Assembly (NCBI GenBank): GCA_965263355.1
Contig: CBDHHL010000046.1
Span: 1-64,000, forward strand
Direction of reading: 5' to 3'
Length of the DNA: 64,000 nucleotides
DNA from: Leptolyngbyaceae cyanobacterium
GTDB taxonomy: Bacteria > Cyanobacteriota > Cyanobacteriia > Phormidesmidales > Phormidesmidaceae
Below, one piece after another: positions 48,136 to 57,084 of this stretch (position 1 is its first letter; every line of letters begins with the position of its first letter). The position numbers and the translations under genes were made by a program. Under the pieces are notes generated by a model, which worked only from the letters and a program-made list of their open reading frames with translations, had not been told where the DNA came from and did not search any database.

Positions 48136-49231
48136 GCCAAAGACTCTGCCCTTCTGTTTTCCCAGAAAACCGCATATCCTCTCCCAGGCGAGCAACTATT
48201 CGTTTGAGCCTAGTAGGTAATTTTCGAAAAGTGCCAACAGGGTCTTTGTTGAAGTCACTCATAATATTATCGGAAAATAACTCATCGAAATCTCCAGCAT
48301 ATTCAGTTGACAACAGCAGCAAGGCTTCTTCTGTTAGCCTATCTGGACCACTCTCCCAAATAACATTAGCTCGTTTAGCAATCCCATAAGTACTTTGAAA
48401 CGGGTCAGGAATACCTTCTCCCCAAGAATAAGAAAGTCCATTATCTTCATCAAACTTAGCCAATAGATATGCATATTTTTCCGGAGAGAGTTCACCACGC
48501 ATTCCGGCTAATTTGGCTAGTACGGGCTGTGCTCGATGCTCATGCGGCAGAGCACTCATCCGGTCTACTAAAGCGTTATCCAATTGCACATCTGGACCGT
48601 AATCATTTGAAGCAGCTTCTTTCACCTGTTCCGCAGTTTCTACGCCCAACTCTGTCGCACGCTGTTGAATGTTAACCGCAAAACTTCTACGCACCCCTAC
48701 AGGCATATGAGCCTGTTTCTCCACCCAATACTCATTCGCTTGCTGAACTTGTGCAATCGTTGTTAGCGGAAAATAATTCTTGCCATTATATTGAACCCCC
48801 CAGTGCTCCTCAGCCTCTTTCACAAACACAGGCGCTGGTTTCTGTCCTGACACATCTACCACGTTTGAAGAAAGGGAACCAAATCCTGCCACTTTAGTTA
48901 ACGTGGCAGAAGGTAAAGACCCATACGACATTACAGCATTTGTTATGAAGTGCGCTGCCACCTTTTGTGCCGATTCAGGTAACTTATCCCCATGCCTTTG
49001 AAAATATAACTCTGAAATTTTTGTTACACCATTATTATAAATTGGATATCTAGGATGAGCTACACCTTCATCCATAACAACCAAAGCAAAATCCGACGTA
49101 GCAAGTTCATCTCTCCCAATGAACTCTGCATGCTTTATAACGTCCGGAACCCTACTTAAAGACGGGTAGACCTCTTTTAGCGTCTCTCCACCATCATCAT
49201 AAATGTCTAAAACAACCCCTGAAAATTTCAT
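48122..49231 (-). CDS. K-x-A-rich protein, first gene of the minus-strand block
   Basis: KHAE, KVAA, KVAG, KEAE, KQAH, KEAA, KLAG, KRAN; TAGAAT lies 10 nt before the ATG at 49231. Confidence 0.7.
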   Translation of the reverse strand: MKFSGVVLDIYDDGGETLKEVYPSLSRVPDVIKHAEFIGRDELATSDFALVVMDEGVAHPRYPIYNNGVTKISELYFQRHGDKLPESAQKVAAHFITNAVMSYGSLPSATLTKVAGFGSLSSNVVDVSGQKPAPVFVKEAEEHWGVQYNGKNYFPLTTIAQVQQANEYWVEKQAHMPVGVRRSFAVNIQQRATELGVETAEQVKEAASNDYGPDVQLDNALVDRMSALPHEHRAQPVLAKLAGMRGELSPEKYAYLLAKFDEDNGLSYSWGEGIPDPFQSTYGIAKRANVIWESGPDRLTEEALLLLSTEYAGDFDELFSDNIMSDFNKDPVGTFRKLPTRLKRIVARLGEDMRFSGKTEGQSLWHDGI

Positions 49232-49322
49232 CTCTTCTTGCATTCTAGTTCAAATGACGACTGCACCAAATAACCTTGAAAATTGCTCGTGAACTCACGT
49301 CACTCCAGTTTATACAGCCTAC

Positions 49323-49733
49323 ATGAAGACCAGAGAAACTGCAGCTCTTGGACACTTCCTGACAACCCTTAGACGCAACTCCGCACTTAAAGACCAATAC
49401 GCGCTCAGCTCAAAACTGGGTATAAGCTACCCAACCCTTAGAAAGTGGGAGACCGGAGAGGCCACAATATCGAGAAGGAGCCTGGACAACTTCCTGCTTG
49501 CCACAAAAGCCAATAGCCATGAGCGTAAAAAAGCCTTACTGCTCAGAGATCAATTTCCACGAAAAAGAACACTAGAAGGACTGTCCCAAAAAAATAAAAA
49601 CAAAGCAGTGAGAAGGCTATTCAAGTACATTAAGGAACTGTGTGAATATAACGACTATGTTATATCTCCAAAATTGCAGCACGACATCAAAATAGATATA
49701 AAAAGAATTATCGAGGAAGAATTAGAAAAATGA
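49323..49733 (+). CDS. XRE-family HTH regulator
   Basis: LTTLRR...QYALSSKLGISYPTLRKWETGE. Confidence 0.85.
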   Translation: MKTRETAALGHFLTTLRRNSALKDQYALSSKLGISYPTLRKWETGEATISRRSLDNFLLATKANSHERKKALLLRDQFPRKRTLEGLSQKNKNKAVRRLFKYIKELCEYNDYVISPKLQHDIKIDIKRIIEEELEK

Positions 49734-51157
49734 CTAAGACTCAATTACTTCTATATGAACCACACAAGGGCTACAGAGCCGACAATCTAATAATACCTAG
49801 GAAGTCTCTTAACGAAAAAATGTTAGAACAAGCTCTAACGTTTCAGATAGGGGAAACTTGGGAAGTTGACGATATGAATGTTAGGACTGGTCGACTGGTT
49901 CCTAAATACTTACGTCTTATGGGAAAGAACAAAAACCATCTCATTATCCCTCGCAACTTTCCAGCCCTCTGGGGCAAGGATTTTGTCAATGGTACAAAAA
50001 TTGAACAGTATAGACCAAACTATAAAAAGATAGTTTATCCGGACAATATTACTTTGCGCCCTACCCAAGCGAGAGCGATAAAACACATGTTAAGGCATCG
50101 CTCAGGAACAGTACAACTAGCTTGTGGACGAGGAAAAACTGTTTTAGCACTTCACTATATAGTAAAAAGACAAATGCCCGCAATAGTGATAGTGAACCAA
50201 ACTGGATTGCTTGACCAATGGATAGAACAGATCCACCAACACATAGATCCAAATCTTCGAGTAGGAGTCATTCAAGGTTCGTCTAATGATTGGGATGCTC
50301 CAATCGTACTGGCTACAGTACAAACCTTAGCTAAAAGACGATCAGAACTACCTCAGCAATTCAGAGAACAATTTGGTATCACGTTCTATGACGAATGCCA
50401 TCACATGTCTGCGCCTTATTTTTCTAGGACAGCAGACCTGTTTTACGGTGACAGGTTTGGATTAACTGCTACTGCACGACGTACCGACAACCTCGAAGCC
50501 ATCTATATGGCCCACCTCGGCCCCATAATCTACAAAGATCTGACCCAAGATTTGATCCCAAATTGCACATTTCACCTCTTAAATTGGGCACCATCGGAGA
50601 AACAAAGACAAGAGTCTGTGGACAAAACAGGCAAAACACACCATAGAAAACTATGCTCTATGTTTGGTAAGGTAGCTGTTCGGAATTACTTCATAATGCA
50701 GAATGTACAAGAGGACATAAACAACGGCAGAATGGTTCTCGTTTTAGCACATTCCATTGATGGGGTGCGCGAATTGTTTTATCAATGGCCAGGCACCAAC
50801 GCTGGTTTGATCACAGGGAAAGATGGAGCTAAACGAGGAAGAATCAAAGTGCTTAGAGAGTGCAATCCAGTATTTGCGACTTTTGAACTAGCTCGAGAAG
50901 CTCTTGATAAAAAACATCTCGATTCGCTGCATTTGACCACGCCTTTTCAATCCCCTTTTGACTTACAACAAAGTGTTGGCCGTATTCAAAGGACAGCAGA
51001 AGGCAAACAAACCCCCACAGCTCATTTTTACGAAGACAAGAATTTCCCCCTTTCCCGAAGACAATCCGCTGAACTCAGAAAATATCTGACAGCGCTGGGG
51101 TACCCCTACAAAATTAGAGAAAGCAGGATCGATGGACTGGACGCCAAAAACCGTTGA
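49730..51157 (+). CDS. SF2 DExH helicase (UvsW/XPB-like)
   Basis: [33 protein letters not shown]. Confidence 0.93.
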   Translation: MTKTQLLLYEPHKGYRADNLIIPRKSLNEKMLEQALTFQIGETWEVDDMNVRTGRLVPKYLRLMGKNKNHLIIPRNFPALWGKDFVNGTKIEQYRPNYKKIVYPDNITLRPTQARAIKHMLRHRSGTVQLACGRGKTVLALHYIVKRQMPAIVIVNQTGLLDQWIEQIHQHIDPNLRVGVIQGSSNDWDAPIVLATVQTLAKRRSELPQQFREQFGITFYDECHHMSAPYFSRTADLFYGDRFGLTATARRTDNLEAIYMAHLGPIIYKDLTQDLIPNCTFHLLNWAPSEKQRQESVDKTGKTHHRKLCSMFGKVAVRNYFIMQNVQEDINNGRMVLVLAHSIDGVRELFYQWPGTNAGLITGKDGAKRGRIKVLRECNPVFATFELAREALDKKHLDSLHLTTPFQSPFDLQQSVGRIQRTAEGKQTPTAHFYEDKNFPLSRRQSAELRKYLTALGYPYKIRESRIDGLDAKNR

Positions 51158-51821
51158 AAGAAGAATAGACAAACTAAGGAAGGAGTGGGCCGATTGCAAA
51201 AAATGCAAACTCCACAGAACACGCACAAATGTGGTCTTTGGACAAGGCAATCCTACGGCCTCAATATTATTCATTGGAGAAGGCCCGGGAGAAATGGAGG
51301 ATAAGACAGGAATACCATTCCATCCGGAAGCGGCCTCTGGGCTTCTCCTAGCAGACCTTTTAGAAGCTGTGGGACTAGACAGGAACGATTGCTATATCAC
51401 AAACGCTGTTTGCTGTCGACCACCAGAAAACCGAGATCCTACCAAAATTGAACAGGATGCTTGTTACCCAAGGCTTCGAAACCTTATCTATAATATTGAT
51501 CCAATAATTATTGTTCCCATCGGTAAGATAGCCATGAAACAACTAATTAAAGGAGCAGGAACTTCCATTAAAAACAATCAAGGTCAACTGTTTGAAATTG
51601 AAATAGAAGGAGTTTACAGTAAAGTCACCTATCCCGCAATTCCAATACTGCATCCTGCCTTTATTAACAGAACAGATGCTGTTAATCCAAAAACTGGCAT
51701 GTGGCCATCTGGCGGTAATTTTGCCAAAACACTAGACACCCTTGTGCGCATCAAACAAATCGTCGAATTTTTGCAAGATGGGTATGAGCGAGGAAAGAAA
51801 TTAAGGATTATCAATGAGTAG
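51132..51821 (+). CDS. Family 4 uracil-DNA glycosylase
   Basis: [35 protein letters not shown]. Confidence 0.93.
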   Translation: MDWTPKTVERRIDKLRKEWADCKKCKLHRTRTNVVFGQGNPTASILFIGEGPGEMEDKTGIPFHPEAASGLLLADLLEAVGLDRNDCYITNAVCCRPPENRDPTKIEQDACYPRLRNLIYNIDPIIIVPIGKIAMKQLIKGAGTSIKNNQGQLFEIEIEGVYSKVTYPAIPILHPAFINRTDAVNPKTGMWPSGGNFAKTLDTLVRIKQIVEFLQDGYERGKKLRIINE

Positions 51822-52329
51822 GCTTAAAAAAACCTCGACTAAAATAGGTAAACCCAAGAAGAAGAAATCCGAGGCTGAGAAAGCTGTCACGGAGTTTGAG
51901 GAGGTACTAGAAGAGTACGAAACAGAAGTAGCAGCATGGAGAGAGGAGTATAAAGAAGCTGCGAGCTCTTTAGATACCTTAGAAGAAATGCGGGCAGAAG
52001 TGATTGCAAAAAGTAATGCAGCAAAGCAACTAGTATCCAAAGAGGGGGGTACTATCGGACGATTCATTCTTACGGAAAGGAGGAGTAGTCCAAAGTATTG
52101 CGGAGAAAAACTATTGAACTTGATTAAAAAAAGGAAAATAAGCGACAAGCAAATTGCCGGCCTTTTCCGAAAAAAGGCAGTTGCTTTGGTCAAGATCGAT
52201 CAAAGCATGGCGAAATTACTTGTTGATGTGGGGGATGAAAACCTTCAACAGGTATTGTCTGACATATTTGACCCTGGTGGAGATTTAGTTTCCAACGCTG
52301 TGACCGTACCAAAATGGGACAAGAAATGA
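51814..52329 (+). CDS. Hypothetical protein with coiled-coil N-half
   Basis: Operonic ORF. Confidence 0.65.
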   Translation: MSRLKKTSTKIGKPKKKKSEAEKAVTEFEEVLEEYETEVAAWREEYKEAASSLDTLEEMRAEVIAKSNAAKQLVSKEGGTIGRFILTERRSSPKYCGEKLLNLIKKRKISDKQIAGLFRKKAVALVKIDQSMAKLLVDVGDENLQQVLSDIFDPGGDLVSNAVTVPKWDKK

Positions 52330-52341
52330 CACGTGTCATTT
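52324..52341. promoter_or_regulatory. Perfect 18-bp palindrome AAATGACACGTGTCATTT, candidate parS or operator (copy 2)
   Basis: Contains the same 16-mer as 876-891; spans a stop/start junction. Confidence 0.55.
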
Positions 52342-52757
52342 GTACGGACCTACAAGTCCAAAATGTTAAGGCTAATGTCTTTGCAAAAAGGGGCAATCGA
52401 GAGGTTCGTAAGGATTGGAAAATAACATTGAGTAAAAAACAACTAAGCCAACTTGAAGATCTTGTTGGTGATGGACTAGGTAAGGTAACCGTTGGAGTCG
52501 AACTGAAAGAGTCTGACTTCGGGACCGCAGCAGGGTGTTTTGTTTCTGTAACTCTTACCTGCGGTCAAACAATGCCTGAAATAGAGAAAGCTCATGCCAA
52601 AGCAGAAAAAATGGCCCTTCATTGGGTAAATGAAGGGCACAAAAAGGCCGCAGATCTACTGAATGAAATCATGAATGAGGAAGAGGAGGAGGAGGAGGAA
52701 GATGATAATAGAATGACAAAACAACGACCTAAATCAAAACCGAAGTTTATAAGGTGA
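52326..52757 (+). CDS. Hypothetical protein
   Basis: ATGA overlap with the upstream stop; poly-E near the C-terminus. Confidence 0.65.
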   Translation: MTRVICTDLQVQNVKANVFAKRGNREVRKDWKITLSKKQLSQLEDLVGDGLGKVTVGVELKESDFGTAAGCFVSVTLTCGQTMPEIEKAHAKAEKMALHWVNEGHKKAADLLNEIMNEEEEEEEEDDNRMTKQRPKSKPKFIR

Positions 52758-52761
52758 TGCG

Positions 52762-53073
52762 ATGATATCTGTAACAGATCCAAACATAAATATTCGCAAC
52801 ATTCGAACCAAGGAGATCCGCATCTCGACGCACAGGGCGATTGTTTGTGATATATCTTATCTAGGGGAAAAAGGTCCTTTAGGCACGATAACTATCTCTA
52901 ATCAAGTCACACAATTCCCAAACATCATTTCGGAAGCTTCCTTGGAACTAATGGAGAAGCTGTGTCAATCTCTAGAAGAAGACGTAGCCAAGGAAGTATT
53001 TAACCAAGCGAGACAAACTCCGGCTGAAAAACGAACGAGTCTTGGAACAAACGAGGACAGTTTATGGCGATGA
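52762..53073 (+). CDS. Hypothetical protein
   Basis: Operonic ORF with AAGG upstream. Confidence 0.6.
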   Translation: MISVTDPNINIRNIRTKEIRISTHRAIVCDISYLGEKGPLGTITISNQVTQFPNIISEASLELMEKLCQSLEEDVAKEVFNQARQTPAEKRTSLGTNEDSLWR

Positions 53074-54650
53074 GCAGCGCTCTAGAAGCTCGAGTCATAT
53101 CCGCCATACTTCTTCAGAAAAACCTCAAGCCGGCAATTAAGCAAGGCCTGAGTGTGGACCATTTCTCTGATCGAGAACTAGGTAGGATCTACGAATTAAT
53201 CATCAAGCACTATAACAGTATTGATGCGCCTAAAACATTCCCGTCTACGAAGACAATTAAGTCCCGGTTTCCGGGATTTAAACTCCTCAAAAGCAACGGG
53301 GATGAACTAGCTGCTTTGGTCAAAGAACTCAGATATGCTTGTCTGTCCTCAGACCTCAACAGTATGGCTGCAACAATCACCGAGATTGTTGCAGAAGAAG
53401 AACCAGAAGTCGCTTTAGAATTTCTTCGAGATTCTCTTGGAACCATCAAACACAAGTTGTCTGGCAACAACGGCATGCGAATGTCGAACATGCTTAGCCA
53501 AATAGTATCCCAATATGAGACAGCGCAACAGGGCGGAAGCTACGGCCTCCCGTGGCCCTTTCCTTGTTTAACTGAAGATACTCTAGGTAAGCGGCCCGGC
53601 GACTTGATTTTTATATACGGTCGCCCCAAGAGCATGAAGACGTGGATAGCTGTTAAATCAGCCATGTATGATTATGAGAAGTCAAAAGCCCGCGTCCTGT
53701 TCTGGTCTCGAGAAATGCAAGAAGAGCAACTCGCTCTACGTTTTGGCTCCATAATTGGTCGTGTAGATTACCAATTGCTCAAGAGGGGCAAGCTGCCCCC
53801 AGCTGTTTGGGAACGAGCAAGAGGCAAAATTGTAGAACTGCAACAAGTGTTGCGACGTGATGAGAAAGAAAGAAAGAGGAGACGAGATAGAGACCTCAAC
53901 GACTTCATAATTTACGCTGGAAGAAATGCGCCTCGAGACTTCCTAGAACTGCGAACGATCATTGAAGAGGCAGAAGCAGATATTGCCTATCTAGACTCTT
54001 TTTACCATTTACAACACCCTACAAAAGGGGGGCGTTCCGATGTCGAAAGACTAAGAAACCTAATAGAAGAGGCCAAACAGTTAGCCTTAGATCTTGGTAT
54101 ACCTGTGGTATTAATACACCAAGCTAACAGAGAAGGAGAAAACACACACGGAGACACCATGCGAGATATCGCTCGAGCCGATGCCGCTGCGGCAGAATGT
54201 GACTTGGCACTGAGAGTGCTTAAGAAGAAAGTTTCAAGCATATGGGAAGAAGACTATGAAGGCTACTTCGAGAAGGAAGGGAAGGAGAAAAGCCGAAAGA
54301 TTTTTGCTCGAGGATCCAAGCTCAACAAAAAGAAAAAGAAACCAGTAGAAGGAACAATCAAAACCACACCGTACAGTAGAACTAAAGCGGAATTGGCCAT
54401 CATGTTGGCAGGATCTAGAGACGGTGTAAAAGATGGGTTTATTATTTCCGCAAATCCTGGATATGAGTTTGAGGTCATTAACGATGATGTAAATGCTGAT
54501 GATGTAAAACGGTGGCTGAAAAAAGAAGAAGAATTAGCTGAAAAGGCCGACAAGCGGGAAAAACAACAAAAGCAGGAAGCCTCATCATATAAACGCAATC
54601 CTGAGGCTGCGAAGCAACTAATGAAATCCAACGTCCGACTTCGGAGATAG
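53064..54650 (+). CDS. DnaB-like replicative helicase
   Basis: GLPWPF, DLIFIYGRPKSMKT, VLFWSREM, AYLDSFY, KQLALDLGIPVVLIHQANR. Confidence 0.88.
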   Translation: MAMSSALEARVISAILLQKNLKPAIKQGLSVDHFSDRELGRIYELIIKHYNSIDAPKTFPSTKTIKSRFPGFKLLKSNGDELAALVKELRYACLSSDLNSMAATITEIVAEEEPEVALEFLRDSLGTIKHKLSGNNGMRMSNMLSQIVSQYETAQQGGSYGLPWPFPCLTEDTLGKRPGDLIFIYGRPKSMKTWIAVKSAMYDYEKSKARVLFWSREMQEEQLALRFGSIIGRVDYQLLKRGKLPPAVWERARGKIVELQQVLRRDEKERKRRRDRDLNDFIIYAGRNAPRDFLELRTIIEEAEADIAYLDSFYHLQHPTKGGRSDVERLRNLIEEAKQLALDLGIPVVLIHQANREGENTHGDTMRDIARADAAAAECDLALRVLKKKVSSIWEEDYEGYFEKEGKEKSRKIFARGSKLNKKKKKPVEGTIKTTPYSRTKAELAIMLAGSRDGVKDGFIISANPGYEFEVINDDVNADDVKRWLKKEEELAEKADKREKQQKQEASSYKRNPEAAKQLMKSNVRLRR

Positions 54651-54651
54651 C

Positions 54652-55704
54652 ATGTCCATTGCAGATCTTGCCTGGGAGCTTGCACAAGAACACCTAGAAA
54701 AAGCAAGAATTCAAAGTGAAGCCTTTATCTATTCTGCATGCCCTTTCCACAACGACAACAAACCAAGTTTCTATATTTCTCGCACAACAGGGTCTTGGAA
54801 TTGTTGGTCTTGTCATACAAGTGGATCCTCGTTGGAGGAGCTGCTCAAGGCTTTAGGGGTCAAAGGGTCCTACAAAGTCCACAAGGAGATTGCACAGCTC
54901 AAAAAAGAAGCTAAAAAAGCGAAAAAGCTTGAAAGGCTAAAAAAGGAGGCGATCAGAAAAAAGACATTTAAAGCCAAGCACGTACTGCCTGAGGATCTAT
55001 TGGGTGTTTATGATTGGACGCCGACTTCTCTTGTTGAGACATTCGGGGTAGATCTATTGGAAGATCACCAAATAGGTTTTGATCAAATACACAATAGAGT
55101 AACTTACCCCATTCGAGACATTCATGGGAATTTGATAGGGATCAGTGGGAGAAAGCTAGAAAAGGACTACGGTCCGAAATACAAAATATACAACGGAGTG
55201 CACCAGAACATGGACGGCATTCAAACACCGGGAGAATTGGGGGAGTGGTACCCTTGGTATTCCGCAGAAGGAATTAAAGATCATCTGTGGAGAGGGGAGC
55301 GAGTCTTCTGGGAAATTTACGAAGGTCGTATGAACGACCTCATAATCACAGAAGGATTTAAAGCTGCGCTGTGGCTAGTCTTGTGTGGCTACGAAAATGT
55401 AGTGGCACTTATGCAGTCCAAAATGACAGCTGCCCAAGAAGCCCTTATTCGACGCATGGGGACACCGACCTGGATTTTTTTGGACAATGACACTGCTGGC
55501 CGATCAGGCGCTGAAGATGCTGCACAAAGACTTGGCAACGCACCTTTTCCTGTGTATATTACTCGCTATCCGGAGTGGGCAAGTAGCTCTGCCCAACCTG
55601 ACGATTTGGATGAGTCTACGATAGATCGTTGTCTCTTTCATGCGGAAGTGGTCGTCAGCAAAAGTCGGCATAGATATCGACGGAAATCTTTTGCACGGGT
55701 TTGA
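54652..55704 (+). CDS. DnaG-type primase (CHC2 zinc finger plus TOPRIM)
   Basis: CPFHND.KPSF...CWSC, YPIRD..G..IG.SGR, PKYK, ITEGF, FLDNDTAG. Confidence 0.92.
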   Translation: MSIADLAWELAQEHLEKARIQSEAFIYSACPFHNDNKPSFYISRTTGSWNCWSCHTSGSSLEELLKALGVKGSYKVHKEIAQLKKEAKKAKKLERLKKEAIRKKTFKAKHVLPEDLLGVYDWTPTSLVETFGVDLLEDHQIGFDQIHNRVTYPIRDIHGNLIGISGRKLEKDYGPKYKIYNGVHQNMDGIQTPGELGEWYPWYSAEGIKDHLWRGERVFWEIYEGRMNDLIITEGFKAALWLVLCGYENVVALMQSKMTAAQEALIRRMGTPTWIFLDNDTAGRSGAEDAAQRLGNAPFPVYITRYPEWASSSAQPDDLDESTIDRCLFHAEVVVSKSRHRYRRKSFARV

Positions 55705-55755
55705 TTGGGTCTGTTTAAAAATTAATTGGGTTTGTAAAAAGTAAAGTTGGGTCTG
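55705..55755. repeat. Three TTGGGTYTG boxes at exact 21-bp spacing with A-rich spacers
   Basis: Boxes start at 55705, 55726 and 55747 in the intergenic gap after primase. Confidence 0.8.
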
Positions 55756-55769
55756 AAAAGGATTAGAAT

Positions 55770-57083
55770 ATGGAAGAAAAAACAATTGGCGGTCGCCTAT
55801 CGACCAGAAGAACAACAGCAAAAATAATGAGGTCCTCTTCTAGAAAAGGGGGACTTCATTATTTAGGATATCGTCTAAAACTAACAGAACGAAGCACTAG
55901 ATTGCACTTCACTCGTTCGCTCGATGAGGATGGCAATAAGATCTTGTACCCCAATCCTGAGATAGAAGATCTCTGGCACGAATGGAAGATTGGAAAGAGT
56001 TATTTTGTTAAAACTCAAACAAGGCCAAAAGGAATGCCGGTCGAGTGGTCTCCTAAAAACAATCTTATAGAGGCCTACCGATTCCCAGCTCAGTATGGGG
56101 TTGAGGACCGGGAAGAGTTATCAGCTGGGGCATTTCTCAAAGAATTTTATCCAAAGCTGTACTTCTGTACAAGTGGCTGGGTAGAGGAGTGGTACCACCT
56201 GGTTCAAGTGAAAAAGAAAGACGGAAGCGGTACGTATACTGACCGAATTAGGTGCGAAGGCAAAGGATGTAAGCACTGCGAGGAGAAATGGCCTCGTGTT
56301 TTCGGAAATCGTTTCTGGATAGACTTCAGTCCAGGTCAATGGACCAATGTTATTGACAGAACAATGGAAGAAATGGATCGGCTTCCTCTTGAAGGAGGCT
56401 ATGTTTATCCATCCCACTACGAGTGTGAAGGTTGTGGAGAAATCCTATCTTTTACGGACGAGAAATCTGGACGAGAATATACATTAGATCTAACAAACTC
56501 ATGTGACTGCGGAGCCACGGGAGAAGACATAGGCTTAGACGCCGAAAGACATATGGCTGTGTGTCAATTGTGTGGGCAAGAATGGACATTACTCACGCAT
56601 GAAAATGGTGTAATGAAGTCCAGCTTGGACAAAGAGTTGAAGTGTAACAACTGTGGACATGTAGGGTATGCTAAAGGCGTCTTTAAACATATCCCCCAGG
56701 ACGAAGATGGGGAAGAGCTAGAAGAGTGGACTCCAGTAAGTTTGTTCGATGCTCAAGTGACTATGTTCAGAGAGGCAGGTACGGAGAAAAAGAATGGTAA
56801 CATCAATATTACCAACTGGAAAGTTCAAGAGCCTGACCCACGTCTCTTCGACCCTCGCTACCAAGGATGGGACGGTAACCCAAAAAATGTAGATGAGAAG
56901 AAAATTGCGGAAATGTGGGTACAAAGACATAAACAAACTTTGAACCTGAACGACATCCACCAAGTTTTAGACCCGGATGAAGTCGCAGATAAACTTGGAT
57001 TGTGTAATATCCTGGCACCAGCCCCATCAAAAAAACGGCAGGAATTCCAGCCGAGAGTGGGGCGCATAAAGAAAAAGAAGTGA
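55770..57083 (+). CDS. Cys-rich replication protein, possible ssDNA-binding protein
   Basis: Lies between primase and polymerase; CEGKGCKHC, CEGC, CDC, CQLC, CNNC. Confidence 0.55.
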   Translation: MEEKTIGGRLSTRRTTAKIMRSSSRKGGLHYLGYRLKLTERSTRLHFTRSLDEDGNKILYPNPEIEDLWHEWKIGKSYFVKTQTRPKGMPVEWSPKNNLIEAYRFPAQYGVEDREELSAGAFLKEFYPKLYFCTSGWVEEWYHLVQVKKKDGSGTYTDRIRCEGKGCKHCEEKWPRVFGNRFWIDFSPGQWTNVIDRTMEEMDRLPLEGGYVYPSHYECEGCGEILSFTDEKSGREYTLDLTNSCDCGATGEDIGLDAERHMAVCQLCGQEWTLLTHENGVMKSSLDKELKCNNCGHVGYAKGVFKHIPQDEDGEELEEWTPVSLFDAQVTMFREAGTEKKNGNINITNWKVQEPDPRLFDPRYQGWDGNPKNVDEKKIAEMWVQRHKQTLNLNDIHQVLDPDEVADKLGLCNILAPAPSKKRQEFQPRVGRIKKKK

Positions 57084-57084
57084 T

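Noticed and set aside
55705..55755. 21-bp-period repeats as a mini CRISPR array
   Set aside because: Units are far too short (9-bp box, 12-bp spacer).
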